This document shows, piece after piece, positions 40,362 to 54,106 of a stretch of DNA of 64,000 bases. The stretch is from contig OZ024743.1 in assembly GCA_964016885.1 (NCBI GenBank), positions 317,192,001-317,256,000 on the forward strand, read 5' to 3'. The notes under the pieces were generated by a model, which was not told where the DNA came from, searched no databases, and saw only the letters and a program-made list of their open reading frames with translations. This DNA is from Eledone cirrhosa. Lineage: Eukaryota. Position numbers and translations under genes: made by a program. The first letter of the stretch is position 1; the number at the start of each line of letters is the position of its first letter.

Positions 40362-42216
40362 TGTAGCGGTTGTCTCCCTTGTGACTCACAACCCAATAGA
40401 TTAACATCTAGACGGGATGTAGAACCCTTTCTGTAACTTCCGGTCAGAGCCCTATAAAACGAATAGCTTTCGGCTCTCTGCCTCTCATTGCCCTTCCGGC
40501 GCCTGGCTTTCGCCAGGCGTCCTCTGCCAGCCGCGTTTGCCTGGCAATCAAAACGGTAACTACTAACTTTGCTTCATTCTATCATCTATTTCTTTGACAT
40601 TCAACTATACTATCTACCATTGTTAATTAAATATTATACACACAAACCATGTCTCGTTTTGTTACATTCATACAACCCAGTATCTTCGCTATATTGGTAA
40701 CCCAGACGTGATACGAACACGCAGCCGTTCATCGCTATAAGTGGTCACCCCGAAAAAAGAAAAAATAGCAGATCTGGTGTTGTGTGAGTAACATTACGAA
40801 TACACAGCAAATTTATCGACAAACTATGAAAATACTCAAAGATACGCACACACGCACATGTGGAATTCGCGTTCAGACAGACTTTTTCTCTCACGCATCA
40901 ACTAACTGTCGCATTTCACGATATATATATATATGTTTCTCGTTTCTTACAACGAACACTTTCAAAACAAAAAAAAAAAAAAACATTTCACGATATATAT
41001 ATATGTTTCTCGTTTCTTACAACGAACTCTTTCAAAACAAAAAAAAAAAGAAATTTGATATTCTTTAAAAAACATTTCAACAGGAACATTTATTTTCGAT
41101 GAACCATTGCCTTTTTTTTCATCGTTTTCTTCATCGTTCAAGTTTTTTTTTTTTTTTTTTTTTTTTTCCCAAAAGTTCACACCAATAATTATGCCGAGTG
41201 AAGCCTTTCTTTTTCATCATTGTCACTTTCACACTTGCACTATCATTTTCTCGCGCGTTAGAAATATTATTTTTTCAACCTAACCACCTTGTATTGGCAC
41301 GTGTAGGCAGCACAAATTCTCGACTCACAGAGATAGCCGCACGCCAGAGATAACGTTTCTCGCCAAGGATTCTTCAGCCTTAAGCTATATTCTCCTATTT
41401 GCCGGTTTAAAACTTTACCACGTAAATTTGCCGTTGAAAACTGCGCATTTATTCAGAATGCTTATTTCTTTGGTCGCTGGCCTCTTGACCCTTCCAGGTC
41501 AACGCATTCTCAACATCGACCATCAACTTCGGCTGCTATTTCTAGCACTTTGCGCAACTCATTTTTTCTGAAAAAATTTTTTTTTTACTGTGAATTTAAA
41601 CACCGAATACGCACACTCAGCGAGACATCAACAGCAACACAGCTTCACCAACAACCAGAACAAGAGAATTTATTTTTGCAGCACTTTTCCTGTGAGAAAA
41701 TCCATGCGGAGGTTGGAAATTTCACGATATACCACAGAACAGAAACCACCTGCATTCATTCTCTGGAACACACTTTCTTTCCTGCTGTCATGTGATTGCA
41801 CACCTGTGAACTATATTTTGTACATTTGAACTTTGAGCCCTTCTCTTACTTTATTACATTGTATCTTTGGGTGATGGATAGATAGATGTCCAGTCGTTCT
41901 CTGGCCAAGAGCGGTTGGCTACCTTGATATCTATCATTGATTTTTGAAAACATTCTTTTGTCGTGATTTTCATGCCTGTTACAACATTCTCGCCAACTTG
42001 CTACATATTTTCATTCGATTTTTATATTCTAAAATTCTGGCGTCTTCTGCCAGCCGCGTTTGCCTGGCAATCAAAACGGTAACTACTAACTTTGCTTCAT
42101 TCTATCATCTATTTCTTTGACATTCAACTATACTATCTACCATTGTTAATTAAATATTATACACACAAACCATGTCTCGTTTTGTTACATTCATACAACC
42201 CAGTATCTTCGCTATA
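40362..42216 (+). mobile_element. Non-autonomous Gypsy-like LTR element (5' LTR 40362-40693, PBS 40695-40711, partial 3' LTR 42039-42216)
   Basis: ~177-bp near-identical direct repeat; ends TGTAGCG...CGCTATA; PBS TGGTAACCCAGACGTGA, close to the tRNA-Trp complement TGGTGACCCCGACGTGA; 4-bp TSD ATAT; no long internal ORF. Confidence 0.85.
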
Positions 42217-42689
42217 ATATATTAGGGCCTCCGATGATATTTTCAATCATACAAACTTAATCCACCCAAGGTCCAAAGGTTCACACTTTATGGAAATAGT
42301 TCCATGTCAACTTAAGTCAGTCTCGTGCTGTGAAGGTTGTGTATTCCAATCCAATCCAGGGCCTTCTCACATCTGGTTGACCGCCACCGTTTTGTGAAGC
42401 CGCACTCACCACGCTTGGCCAATTGCAGGTTGGTGAGGCTATTTAACCCATTGTTGGGGTGGATGGCTGTTGATTCTGAAGTGTTCATCCGCCCTTTTTA
42501 ACAGCTCTTGTTATTTTGCGCTGTTGGATTTCCACTTACCCTCCTCACCAGACAGGGGCCAGTGGGGGAGCCTATATAGTCGTCAACCACTCGACCAGGA
42601 AGCAGGTTGTACTGGGTTACATGGTACCAACAGCAGGTAGAAACGTGACCTGGCTATAGTGTATTACTATGAAGTAATTTACTGGTACA

Positions 42690-43290
42690 ACTATATATTA
42701 ATGCTACCAACCCACCGACTTTGTTTCCACATAATTTTCTTAATAATGCATATTTTTAATGGCATTTTGTAGAGATATATTTTCCATGCTATAGATTACG
42801 ATTATGTTGATAGAAATTTTTCTTAAAACTTTCAATTTTGTATTTAGTTCCGTTTATGTGACCATAACTCATGGTGGAGTCGTAGAAGCACTGTCGTGAA
42901 AAACGTCTTTGGAACTTCGACTTTGGCATCCTTCTTCAGGTCTGAACACAGCCAATTTCTTCCAGAGAGAGTAAATGATAGAGAGGAAGTGAGAAAGAGA
43001 TATACATGAAGAATCAACTCCAGTACTTGACTGGTATTTTTTTTTATCGACCTCAAACGGGTGAAGGGCAACATAGACAATATACTGGAAATTGATAATT
43101 TTACAACTCTGAATTGCAAGAAATATTTTTTTGTTCTAAAATTTTCCTTTTAAATTTCATCAATATAATCGTAATCTACACATTGGAAAACATGTTCTTG
43201 CAAAATTTCACTTATAAATATTTATTATTAAGAAATTTATGAGGAAGGAAGTTAGAGTAACGTGGGGGGGGGGGGGGCACTAAACTGTAG
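42690..43290. mobile_element. Old MITE with long diverged TIRs and an internal SINE
   Basis: 42731-42820 is a diverged reverse complement of 43152-43240; SINE fragment at ~42860-43070. Confidence 0.5.
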
Positions 43291-46200
43291 TTACGCTGGC
43301 ATTGGTTTGTTTTTAAACAGAAACACCATTACAGAACGAAGAAGGAAGCTGGGCCACTGACAACAAATTTCTTGTCATCGTTGGCGGCTCGCCTTAAAGA
43401 GGTATCAGGTGATACTCCTGGTGTAAATGCTTGGTTGCTTCAGCGCCTTAGCCACGCCATCACCCGCAGTTAGGCTACCAGTGTTGGCATACTTCAAAAA
43501 GTATTAGAAGAAGGCCCCGGCACTCCTTGTCGTCTGTGACCGATTGACACACTTAGTGTTAAATTAATATTTTCTTTCGTTTGGATTCAATATTTTCATG
43601 TGAAATATGTATGTAATTAAGTAATGTATATATTGAGTGTATATTTTCATTCTGTAACCGTGACGATGAAATTAAAGTACTTAGATATTTTTCTAAACCA
43701 CATCAGTGGAAGATATCCTGTATAGAACAATGTATGTAAGTATTAAATAACGAAAGTATTTATATCTCTGAGTTCAAATGCTATCGCGGTCAACTTTGCC
43801 TTTCATCCTTTCTAGGTCGATAAAAAAAAAGTACCAGTCTAATACTGAGTTGATTTTTCCTTTATATCTTTCTCATTTCCTTTCTCTCACTCTTCATCCT
43901 TCTCTGGAAGAAATCTGCTGTATTCAAACCTGGAGAGGGATGGACTGCCAGATTTTAAAAGCCCAAAGAAAAGCCATTACACCCCTACGGCTCTCTCGGA
44001 AGTTTCGGTGCAGTACTATATTATACTATATCAGTTTCAAGATCCGTCTACGATATTTCAACACCTATATATAAATATCGTGCTTACTGCTGAAGTCGAA
44101 AATAAGCCGCTATAAAATCAGATGATATATTACCCCCAGTCATATGGTATCGAATAACACTACTACGACAATGACGTGGAGATGTCCTACTTACTGGTTA
44201 GGCTATTCGGCTCAGGATCCTAATGTCGTGAGTTCGCTTCACGGAGACACTTTATTTTCTGTTGCTTTAATCCATTCAGTTTAAAAAAAAAAAAAAAAGT
44301 TATAGCTGTGATTCAAAATGCCGGTCTTCTCACACACAGTGCCATGCTGAATCTTTCCGAGAACTACATAATGAGTACGCGTGTATACTCAGGCACTCGC
44401 ATGTTGATTTCCACCAACAGACTGTTCCGTTGCTCAAACAACTAGAACAAGAACACTGGTAGTCAGAACTACATTAAGAGTACACGTGTCTGTGAAATAC
44501 CCAGCCACTCGCACGTTAATACCACGAGTAGACTGTTTCGGTGCTCAAACAACTGGAACACTGGTCATGAGAACCGATGGCGGTCCATTAATCACAAACA
44601 TTTCAAGTTCCGTTTCTAATTAGCATCCAGCTAGCTATCGGAACTAACTGGAAAGACTAGCCATCGTGGGGCGGTGCTACCATTAAAGCGAACTAGACAG
44701 CCACTCAGGGTGGTCCAAACCTCAGAGAGACGCATTACACAAATTTAAAGGATCATAGTCTTATATAAATTTGTACAATTAAATAAAATATATAATTTCA
44801 ACAAATAAATTAATAAAAACCTTAACCGCGCATCAGCGTTGTGGAAATATGCAAAAAAAAAAAATGGGGAGGGGGGGGGGGTCGTATTGTGTTACAACTT
44901 GTAACATGATTTGACGTGGGTGAGTGTGGACTACGTAGTAGAAATGCAGGCTTAGTAATTTTCTGGGTGAGGTCATAGGAAGAGGTGTCAAAAACTAGGT
45001 CTACCAGAGTACCAAACTGTAAGGTGAAATTATTTTATTTGGGGAAATTGGTGCATAACTGGACATATTTTACGGGCAAAAACCAACCAACCGGCAGGAG
45101 ACCCAGGAGGACCTGCTGGAAGGAGTGTTTGAAGACTGTCGCCACGACCTTCCCGGGAATAAGTGGAAGAAGAAAAAGAGAGCATAACTGTGAAGGGTGC
45201 TTTTTCCGAACGGAATAAAATTCTAAAGTACAGAGACTTGTCGATAAACTATTTATTCCAGCCGGTGACAGTTCGAGACATTTGGGGGAGCTAGGTCACG
45301 AACAGCAAAGTTCTTGTCATCGTTAGCGGCTTGCCTAACAGGTGTCTGGTAATGCCTATGAGGGTGCTTGATTGTTTTAGCACCTTAGCCTCGCCATCAC
45401 CCGCAGTAACACGATTAGCGTGTTGGCTTGCCTCAAAAGGTATTAGAAGGAAGTCCCGATGCCCCTTGTGGCGTGTGTTGGCTTTTCTATGTTGCTTTGA
45501 TTGTATATTAAATTTATAATTTGTAGGGGAAACATCATTTTCTTCTTCGCTCACTTATTCCTGGGAGGGTCGTGGGAGTAGAGTCCTCAAACACTCCTTC
45601 CAGTGGGTCCTGTCAGAAGCAACCTTTTCCAACTGAATCCCCAAACGAGACCAACCAAACTCATGGATGTTATCCAACCATCTTGCTCGGGATCCACTCC
45701 TGGGTTTACTGTCTGTAAAATCTGTCCAACGATTCTTTCCCGAGACATTCTAACTACGCACCCATTGTATTCAAGCTGTAATCTCTCAATTCGGAGAAGT
45801 AGCGGCTCTACCTGAAGTCAATCTCTGATCTACGCATTCTATCGACAACCCTTCGGAGGAAACTCATTTCGGCCGCTTGTATTCGCGATCATATTCTTTC
45901 GGTCATTAACCAATATTTGTTGGGAAATATTTTCTTTCGTTTTGAATATACATTTTGATGTAGTTAAGTATTGGTGTGTGAATATTTTCATTTTGTAAGA
46001 ATAATTAACAATTTGTAATGTTATTTATGGCGGTGAATTGGCAGAGTCGTTAGAACGTCGGATAGAATGCTTTATTGTATTCATTCCGACTCTCAAAGTT
46101 CAAATCCGGCCGAGGTCAACTTTGCCTTTCATCTTGTCGAGGTCGATAAAAAAAAGTACCAGTCTAATACACGGGTCGATTCTTCCTTCGGAGGAAACCC

Positions 46201-46389
46201 ATTTTGGCCAAATTCTGCCGGACTCATGCCTGGGGAGGGATGAGCTTCGCCAAGCTTAAAATACCCAAGAAACGGCGCCCCAACGACTCTATCAGGAGTC
46301 ACGGAACCATACCATACAATGTTATTTATACAATTGTGAGCGGGGACACACCTTTAACTCTCTCTTTGATCATTCTGATCAATTTTCTA

Positions 46390-47000
46390 GGTGCCGCTTA
46401 CTTTCTGCAAGTGCAAAGTTCTCGGGGGACTGGGTTGATGCCCTGCCTGTGGCCAGCATTGGTAGTCTTCTCAGTCAGGACGAGCTCCGCACCTTCATTG
46501 CACTCTGGGTGGGAGCCGATGTATGTGGGGGTCTGAGATGTCACTGGGGTTGATCCCTCGACTCCACAGGCCTCCATGGTTTGTCCTGTCGCATGAATGC
46601 AAGTCGCTTCGCCTGCCACACCGAGCTAAACCTGATCATTAAGCGGGCACAAGCTCGGGTAAATATTCCCGCTGTTCTGGAACCGGGTGGATTATCCAGA
46701 ATTGATGGGAAGTGACCAAACAGCCTTACTCTTTGTCCCAGGGTAAGAGGAAGGTGTCTCATTTGGGACGCCACAGTCAGTTACTCTTTTGCTCCCTCCC
46801 ACATCATGGATACCGAACAGAATAAAATCCAAAAATACCGGGAACTATCAAACAATTATTTTTTCCAACCTGTTGCGTTCGAGACATTTGGTGAAGTTCT
46901 TGTTATCGTTGACGGCTCGCCTTACTGAGGTATCAGGTGCTGTCCGTGAGGGTGCCTGGTTATTTCAGCTCCTTTGCCTCGCCATCACCCGTGGTCATTG
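46390..47000 (+). mobile_element. CRE-clade non-LTR retrotransposon 3' fragment (restriction-like endonuclease)
   Basis: Off-track frame reads HGLSCRMNASRFACHTELNLIIKRAQARVNIPAVLEPGGLSRIDGK*PNSLTLCPRVRGRCLIWDAT, then ARLTEVSG..WLFQLLCLAITRG. Related tails at ~31260-31350, 43370-43540, 45280-45480 and 55840-55965 (-). Confidence 0.75.
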
Positions 47001-47391
47001 ATACCAAGAAATAAGTGAAGTTAACAATTGTTTTTCATGTGAAATACACACAAATAAACATAAATATGGAAGTTTGTTTTTATTGGTTGCCGGGTGATGG
47101 AGGTATCGATTACTACAAATAGATTCTACCGGTGTCGCAGAACCCCCCCCCCCCTTCTCTCTCCTTTTTTCTCTCTTTCTCTCTCCTTTTCCCCCCTGGC
47201 CTTTTGATTAATAAAAGGCCTCGGGCGCACCCGAACTACACCGATGTCCTGTAATTCAACGCCGAAACATCGGTTCGGGAAACATTTACAGCTGACGATA
47301 GAAACTCCGTTCTTCCTTTCTCCTCCTGTTCCGTCCTAACCACCATCCTAAACCTTGTTTTTAGTAACCACACAGCTCCTTTCGTTTCATA

Positions 47392-47437
<46 letters not shown>

Positions 47438-47877
47438 CACACACAGACACACGTATGTCTGTTTGTAAGCGACAATTTCTGCGATATATATATATGCTGT
47501 ACTCTATGTATGTATGTTTGTTTTTTTTTTGTTTGTTTTTTTGTGGAACGAGTGACTCCTCCTCTTCATTAAGACATCTCTCAAGGAGAAGGTCACTCTC
47601 ATATAAAACCTGTGACTTTGTTTGCATCCAATGATATATACGAGTTCTATCTTTTGGGTAAATGCATTCGATGTTTAGAGAGAGGGATTGACCCCATGCA
47701 AAGCCTTTCCTTACTTAAAAGAGGTTCAAGCACAGGCAAAGCTTGATATGTGAAGTATAGCATTGCTGGCCATGGGCAAGTCCTTAGCAAGACTTCAAAA
47801 GTCACGTTTGTGTTGCTCATGCTTAAGTATTAAGTGATGATATTACTCAAAATAGAGTTGCAGCCATCATGTATGTA

Positions 47878-47914
<37 letters not shown>

Positions 47915-48873
47915 ATGTATGTATGTGTGTGTGTATGTATGTATGTATGTATGTATGTATGTATGTATGTATGTATGTATGTATGTATGTATGTATGTAT
48001 GTGTGTGTATGTATCTCTATCTGTGTATGTATGTTATGTCAGGTCACTCTTGAGTGCTACTGGTAACATGTAACTCAGTACAACCTGTCGCATGGTCGGG
48101 TCGTCGGCGACTAAACCGGCAACCCCACCAAGTTTCCAAATTTACTTGGTGAGGAAGCTGATTTTGGATACCCTGCAGGACAAAAAACAAAACTGACAAA
48201 GGGCGGAAGAACTCATAAGGGTCAACGGCCATCCCAAAGTGTGTAAATATGTATATACACATGTACATATCTATGTATATGTGTATATACATGGGTAATG
48301 TGTATGTATATGCGCGGGGACATAGAAATAGTCGGGCTGGACACCCGATCGCGCGGTTAAACAACTAGGAGTGAAGGACCCCTAGCCTTTGTCAGGGCAT
48401 TCTTCTAGGAAGCAACTCAGGAAACTGGGATAACTCCAATATAAAACCTGCGGCTCAGTAGTTACCGATGATGTTGATCTTTTCTTCTTTTCGGGTTATA
48501 GCTACTGTCGCTCAGTAAAGTGGGATTGGTTCAGTGCACAGTCTTTCCTCATTTTAAAAAATATCTTCACGCACTGGCATTGCACGATAGAATTAATTAA
48601 TAATTCGTGCAATGGCCATACTCGATAACGTGGGGGCAGCCATCATGTATAAATGTATGTATGTCTGTCTCTGCCTGCCTGTCTTATGTATGTATATATG
48701 TGTAGTAAGATGCCAGGCATCTTACTACATATGTATATGTCTGTCTGTCTGTCTATGTATATATGTTGATTTCATTGTTTACATTCTGTCAACTCGCGAA
48801 AGATCGCTTTTGTCTCTACATACATGTTATATCATATGTAGTAAAATAACAAAAAAAAAAGAAAATGACTCAC

Positions 48874-49197
48874 AAGTTTGAAAGCTTCGATAGTGTTTTC
48901 TGGTGCATCATACGCGGCACCACGGTGTGCCACGATAATTGGTAAAGATATACAGCCGTTTGTATCACCTTGTTCGTCTGAAGTACCACATTGTTGTTCT
49001 TCTGTATCTATGTTGGTGTTTACTGGACCGAGAACAGCAGTAACCTTTTCTTCCGGCAATTTAGGGAGATGGTACCACCAGAGAAAGCCCCATCCTGTGA
49101 CTAGCAACGCTAGAAATACATAAAAGCCGGCAGAGGCCACACATATTAACAGTCCTATCCAAAATGTATAGAATGTTAACTGGCTCCACATATACAT
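48874..49197 (-). CDS. GDE1: GDE1 exon 1 (N-terminal hydrophobic segments plus HRG..PENT catalytic motif)
   Basis: MYMWSQ...IIVAHRGAAYDAPENTIEAFKL, then donor GTGAGT; 324 nt, phase 0. Confidence 0.92.
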
Positions 49198-51805
49198 GAT
49201 AACAGTCTCACTTCTCTCTCTCCGCTTTCGTAAATGATTGTTGCTGTCGCAGAAGAGAACACCACCACCACCACAGTAACGAGGCAGTATGATAGTTGCT
49301 GTTACACCACCACCACAGTAACGAGGCAGTAAGATAGTTGCAGTTACACCACCACCACTACAGTAACAGCAAAATATGTGTATGTATGTATGTATGTATG
49401 AATATGAAATTATTTTATTTATTTCAATTTTATTTTTATGATTAATAACTTCAGTCTCAGTCTTTACTAATTATGTCACAGTACACACACACACATATAT
49501 ATATAATGATGGAAGACACAAACAAAATACTTATATAGATTCTACAATAGTTCCCTTAGTAATGAAAGACTATAGAACGCATGTAGTAAATAAAATGTTA
49601 ACGGAATAAAGCGAACCGATAGAAGTTCAATATTCTGGCCTTGTCTCAAAAGTAGAAACAAATACTCTACAAGATAAACGACGGCCTTTAGACTTGAACA
49701 TGACATAGTCGTTGTGATCAGAACTGTGATGGTGGTGGTGGTGGTAAAACAATGTGAGAGGTGACACAGAAACATACACACACATTATACAAGCAGACAG
49801 CTGATTAGAATTGGATGTTTCCGTTTGTCCGTATTTATTCTCGTTGGTTTTGCTCAAATTTCGAATTATATATATATATACGAGGATTGACTGAAAAGTT
49901 CATAGGCTGACCAAGATACTCTCATGGAATGACCAAATAAGATGTATTTTTCAACATAGTCCTTGGAAAGAAACCATTCAGTTATTAATAAGAGTTGAAA
50001 TTAATGCATGAAAGATTTCACAGCTCTAGCATCACTCTTTCATAGTCAGACTATGAACTTTGCAGCAGAGAGAGAGACCGTGAAAAACTGATAAAAATGA
50101 ATTTTCTGTTTATTATCTTCTTATTGTCTAATGATGAAACATTTGATTAAAGAAAAGGAAAATCTATTTTCTATTGTGTGTATCTATTAAATATAAAAGT
50201 ACACGTCCACTGTTCTAAACATTCTTTTGTTTAAGACGGTAGCTGATTAGAAAGCAGATGGAAATTATCTCCCTTAGATTTCCATCTCTTTGACTTTTCA
50301 GCGGGAAGGAAAAATGCTTTAGTCTAACATCACGTATGTGATTATATAATTGTTTCTACTTTTGGCATAAGGTAGATTACTGGTACTTTATTTTATCGAC
50401 CCCGTAACGATGAAAGGCAAAGTTAACCTCGGCGGGATTTGAACTCAGAATGGCAAGGGACGTAACTCTATGCGTCAAGGCATGTGTGTATTTACTGTTA
50501 CTTTATATGATTTCGCTATCACTAAGCACACACACAAATTCTGTAAGCAAAATTATTTTAATACCTTATTTAATAGATTTTCAAAGTTGGTGAAAATCGT
50601 CAAAATATTGACCTTGAATAAATGCCCAACTCCCCATTTTACCATTGATATATTTTGTCACATCTAATATATATATATAATTGGAAGATAGCAGCTGCAT
50701 AAAGAAATGCAGAGAAACCCCAGTGGCTAGGACCCGTGGAAGACGCAGACCCAGGAATACGTGGGATGAGCTTATAACCCGTCCGACCCTTGCTAGAAGG
50801 GAAAGCAGACGATAATAATGATGATGTATAATATATATATAATTAGATAGAAATTACATATATAAATTTAGTGCTTGGTGTTATGCTGTACTGCATCTCA
50901 TGTGCACAGGATGCAACAACGTGTAGAGGTCACTGGGCTGCAAGTAGCATTTCCCTACGCCTTCCCCATTCATCTTCACTCTCACCAACTAAATACTTTA
51001 CTCACCTCATCCATGTATAACTTTCATATTCCTTCTTCTCCCCATCATACATGCTCCTAGTACCTCGCTGATCATGCTCAATCCCTACCTACAAGCATGG
51101 AAAGTAGAGTACATTCCAAATCTGTTCCTGCCTCTCTAGTTGCCATGACAAAAAGCACTTTGTCTACACCCCCAATTCCACCTTTAACACCACCAAAATG
51201 GCTAAAAGCTCCCAGTCCACCCTGTAAGATAGACATGCTGGTGACACAACAAAAGCCCCTAGTCCACCATGTAAGGTACTCATGGTGGTGAATGAGTACC
51301 CAGCCCACCCTGTAAGATTGTCGTGTTGGTGACAACAAAAAGCGCCCAGTCCACCCTATAAAGTAGTCGTGAGGGTGACAACAAAAAGCGCCCAGTCCAC
51401 CCTGTAAATGTGGTTGGTGTTAGGAAGAGCACTCAACCATAGAAACCTAGCCAGAAACAGTTCTGTATGAGCAAGACACAGTTACTTGATCTGACTTATT
51501 TCACAACGGGACAACTTGTCATGCAAATGTGGAAAAATGGACATTAAATGGTGATGATGATGATGATAGTATGCATGCATGTAGGTATACATGCATGTTT
51601 GAGAAAGAGAAAGAAAGAAAATTGAAAGCTGAGACAAAAATATAATATTATCATTGAGAAATAAACAAAATAAGTGCTACAGTGTTGGAGTGGTTTCAGC
51701 TGTATCCAGTTCATGGTGTTGGCTGCATGGGTGCCATAGGGGAGATGTGCTGCAGTGTGGGCCATAAGAACTGATATTTCATCATATCATCAGAGCCAGT
51801 GCTTT

Positions 51806-52325
51806 TGTACCTGGGTATTTAGCACCCTAGGTAAGCCCTACAATGTGTACATTGGTATTTAACACATTAGGCTAGCCCTAAAATATGAACCTGGGTATTT
51901 ATCACCCTAGGCTAGCCCTACAGTGTGTACCTGAGTATTTAGTTCCCTAGGAATAGCCCTGCAATACATACCTGGGTATTTAGCACCCTTGGCTAGCCCT
52001 ACAATGTGTACCTGTGTATTTACCACCCTTGGCTAGCCCTACAATATGTACCTGTGTATTTACCACCCTAGGCTAGCCCAACAGTATGTAGCTAGGTATT
52101 TAGTGTCCCATGCTAGCCCTACAATATGTACCTGTGTATTTACCACCCTAGTCTAGCCCTACAGTATGTAGCTAGGTATTTAGTGCCCTATGCTAACCCT
52201 ACAATATGTACCTGTGTATTTACCACCCTAGGCTAGCCCAACAGTATGTAGCTAGGTATTTAGTGCCCCATGCTAGCCCTACAATATGTACCTGTGTATT
52301 TACCACACTAGACTAGTCTTACAAC
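51806..52325. repeat. ~40-bp minisatellite with an alternating 80-bp higher-order pattern
   Basis: Unit TGTACCTGTGTATTTACCACCCTAGGCTAGCCCTACAATA, about 13 copies. Confidence 0.9.
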
Positions 52326-54106
52326 GTGTGAATCCTCCAAAATAAAATATTTTCAACTTACAGTTAAGTAAGTTAACAAACCTGGTTTTTTACACTTCAT
52401 ATTCTGACTGCACTAAGAACATTACTAAGCCAGTATTTTCAACTACACAGTTCACATTTACCCACACCAAATCGTGTGACATGTCATAACACCATACAAC
52501 CCACTTTACCACTTTAGATATTACCACATTGTTGCTACACAGAAAAGATAGTTAGTGATTTATTCATAGATCAATATCATCATTTAATGCCTATTTTTCC
52601 ACGCTTTCATGAGGTAGACAAGTTGTCCCATTATGAGACAGGTTAAGTCAGGTGACAGGTTAAGTCTTGCTCATATAGATATTTTGGCTAGGTTTCTACA
52701 GCTAGATGCCCTTCCTAACACCAACCACTCTACAGTGTAGACTGAGTACTTTTTTGTTGTGTCACCAGCATGGCCACCTTACAGAGTGGGCCAAGTGTTT
52801 TTTGTAGTGGCACCTTATGACTACCTAACAAGGATTTCTAATATAGGCACAGGGGCAGCAGTTTGAGGGAAGGGTAAAGTAGATTAAATTGGGAGGGATT
52901 TAATAATATAGTGGCACTCCTGTCTCTTTTGAAATAAAACCCAGCCCATGGCTCTATTGTCTCTGCATCACACCCACCTGCCCCCTATCCACCATCTTCT
53001 GGTTAGCTGACATTGCCTTGCACACCCCTCCCCCATCTGCTCAACCATCTTGCTTATTTCCTCACCTACCATGTTAGATCAAGGATGGAAAATACTGCAC
53101 CTGTAACCTAATCTGTTCACGTTTTGCTATCATTAAGTCAGATCTTTGATCAGCCTATCTTTCTTAATTGTTTAACTTACTGAAACAATTTATCATCTTC
53201 TGTGCTAGGATGTTTTAATATAAATCTATTGATACCATATTAGAGAAAGAACTAAAGTAAATTGTATCTGTAAAAAGTCTAAAGTCTTTCTCGAGCCTGG
53301 AAGATCATCAGGCCGATGTTTATCCTAGTTTCTATGGAATTAAGAGAGTACACAACCTACCCACTCACCCCTGGACATGACACCAGTCCATAGCAGTGTT
53401 AAACCCCAAGCTATTGCTGGTACTCATTTTCAGCTGAGTATACTGGAGCAACGTGAATTGAAGTGTTTTGCTCAAGAACACAACACACAACCCAGTCTAG
53501 GAATTGAGTCCATGACACTATGATCATAAGTCCAACACCCATACCACAAGGCCACACACCACCTCCATTCTTATCTGTAATACTCTACACAATATTCTAG
53601 ATAATACTTCCACAAATTATTTATATATATCTAACAATAATGCCCCACTTACTATTGCTAATCACAGCCTTAAATACTGATTATTGTTGTTCACTGTTCC
53701 TAGTTTCAATATTTTATTTACATTTTTATCTATTTATTTTTATCTATTTATTTTATTCATTTATTTAATTTTTATTTATTTATTTTATTTATTTGTTTTC
53801 ATTTATTTATCTAATTTTATTTTTATTTAATCATTTATTTATTTTTTAATTTATTTATGTATTTTATTTTTATTTTAATTATCTTTTATTTATTTTATTT
53901 CTATTTTATTTTGTTTATTTTATTTTAATTTATTTAATTTATTTATTTTATATTTTATTTATTTATTTATTTATTTATGTTTATGTTGTTGTTATCTTCA
54001 CCTCTTCTCCAACATGACATTTACATTTTATTGATTACTCTGCATAAATTTTCTACTACTTCTGCAAATGTGATTTCTAGTTATCTTAACAAAATTCAAT
54101 TATTTT

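Noticed and set aside
48035-48135. Possible HDV-like ribozyme in an RTE-leader-like repeat (related copy reversed at 42520-42655)
   Set aside because: I could not assemble P1/P1.1/P3/J4-2 with the required conserved residues by eye.
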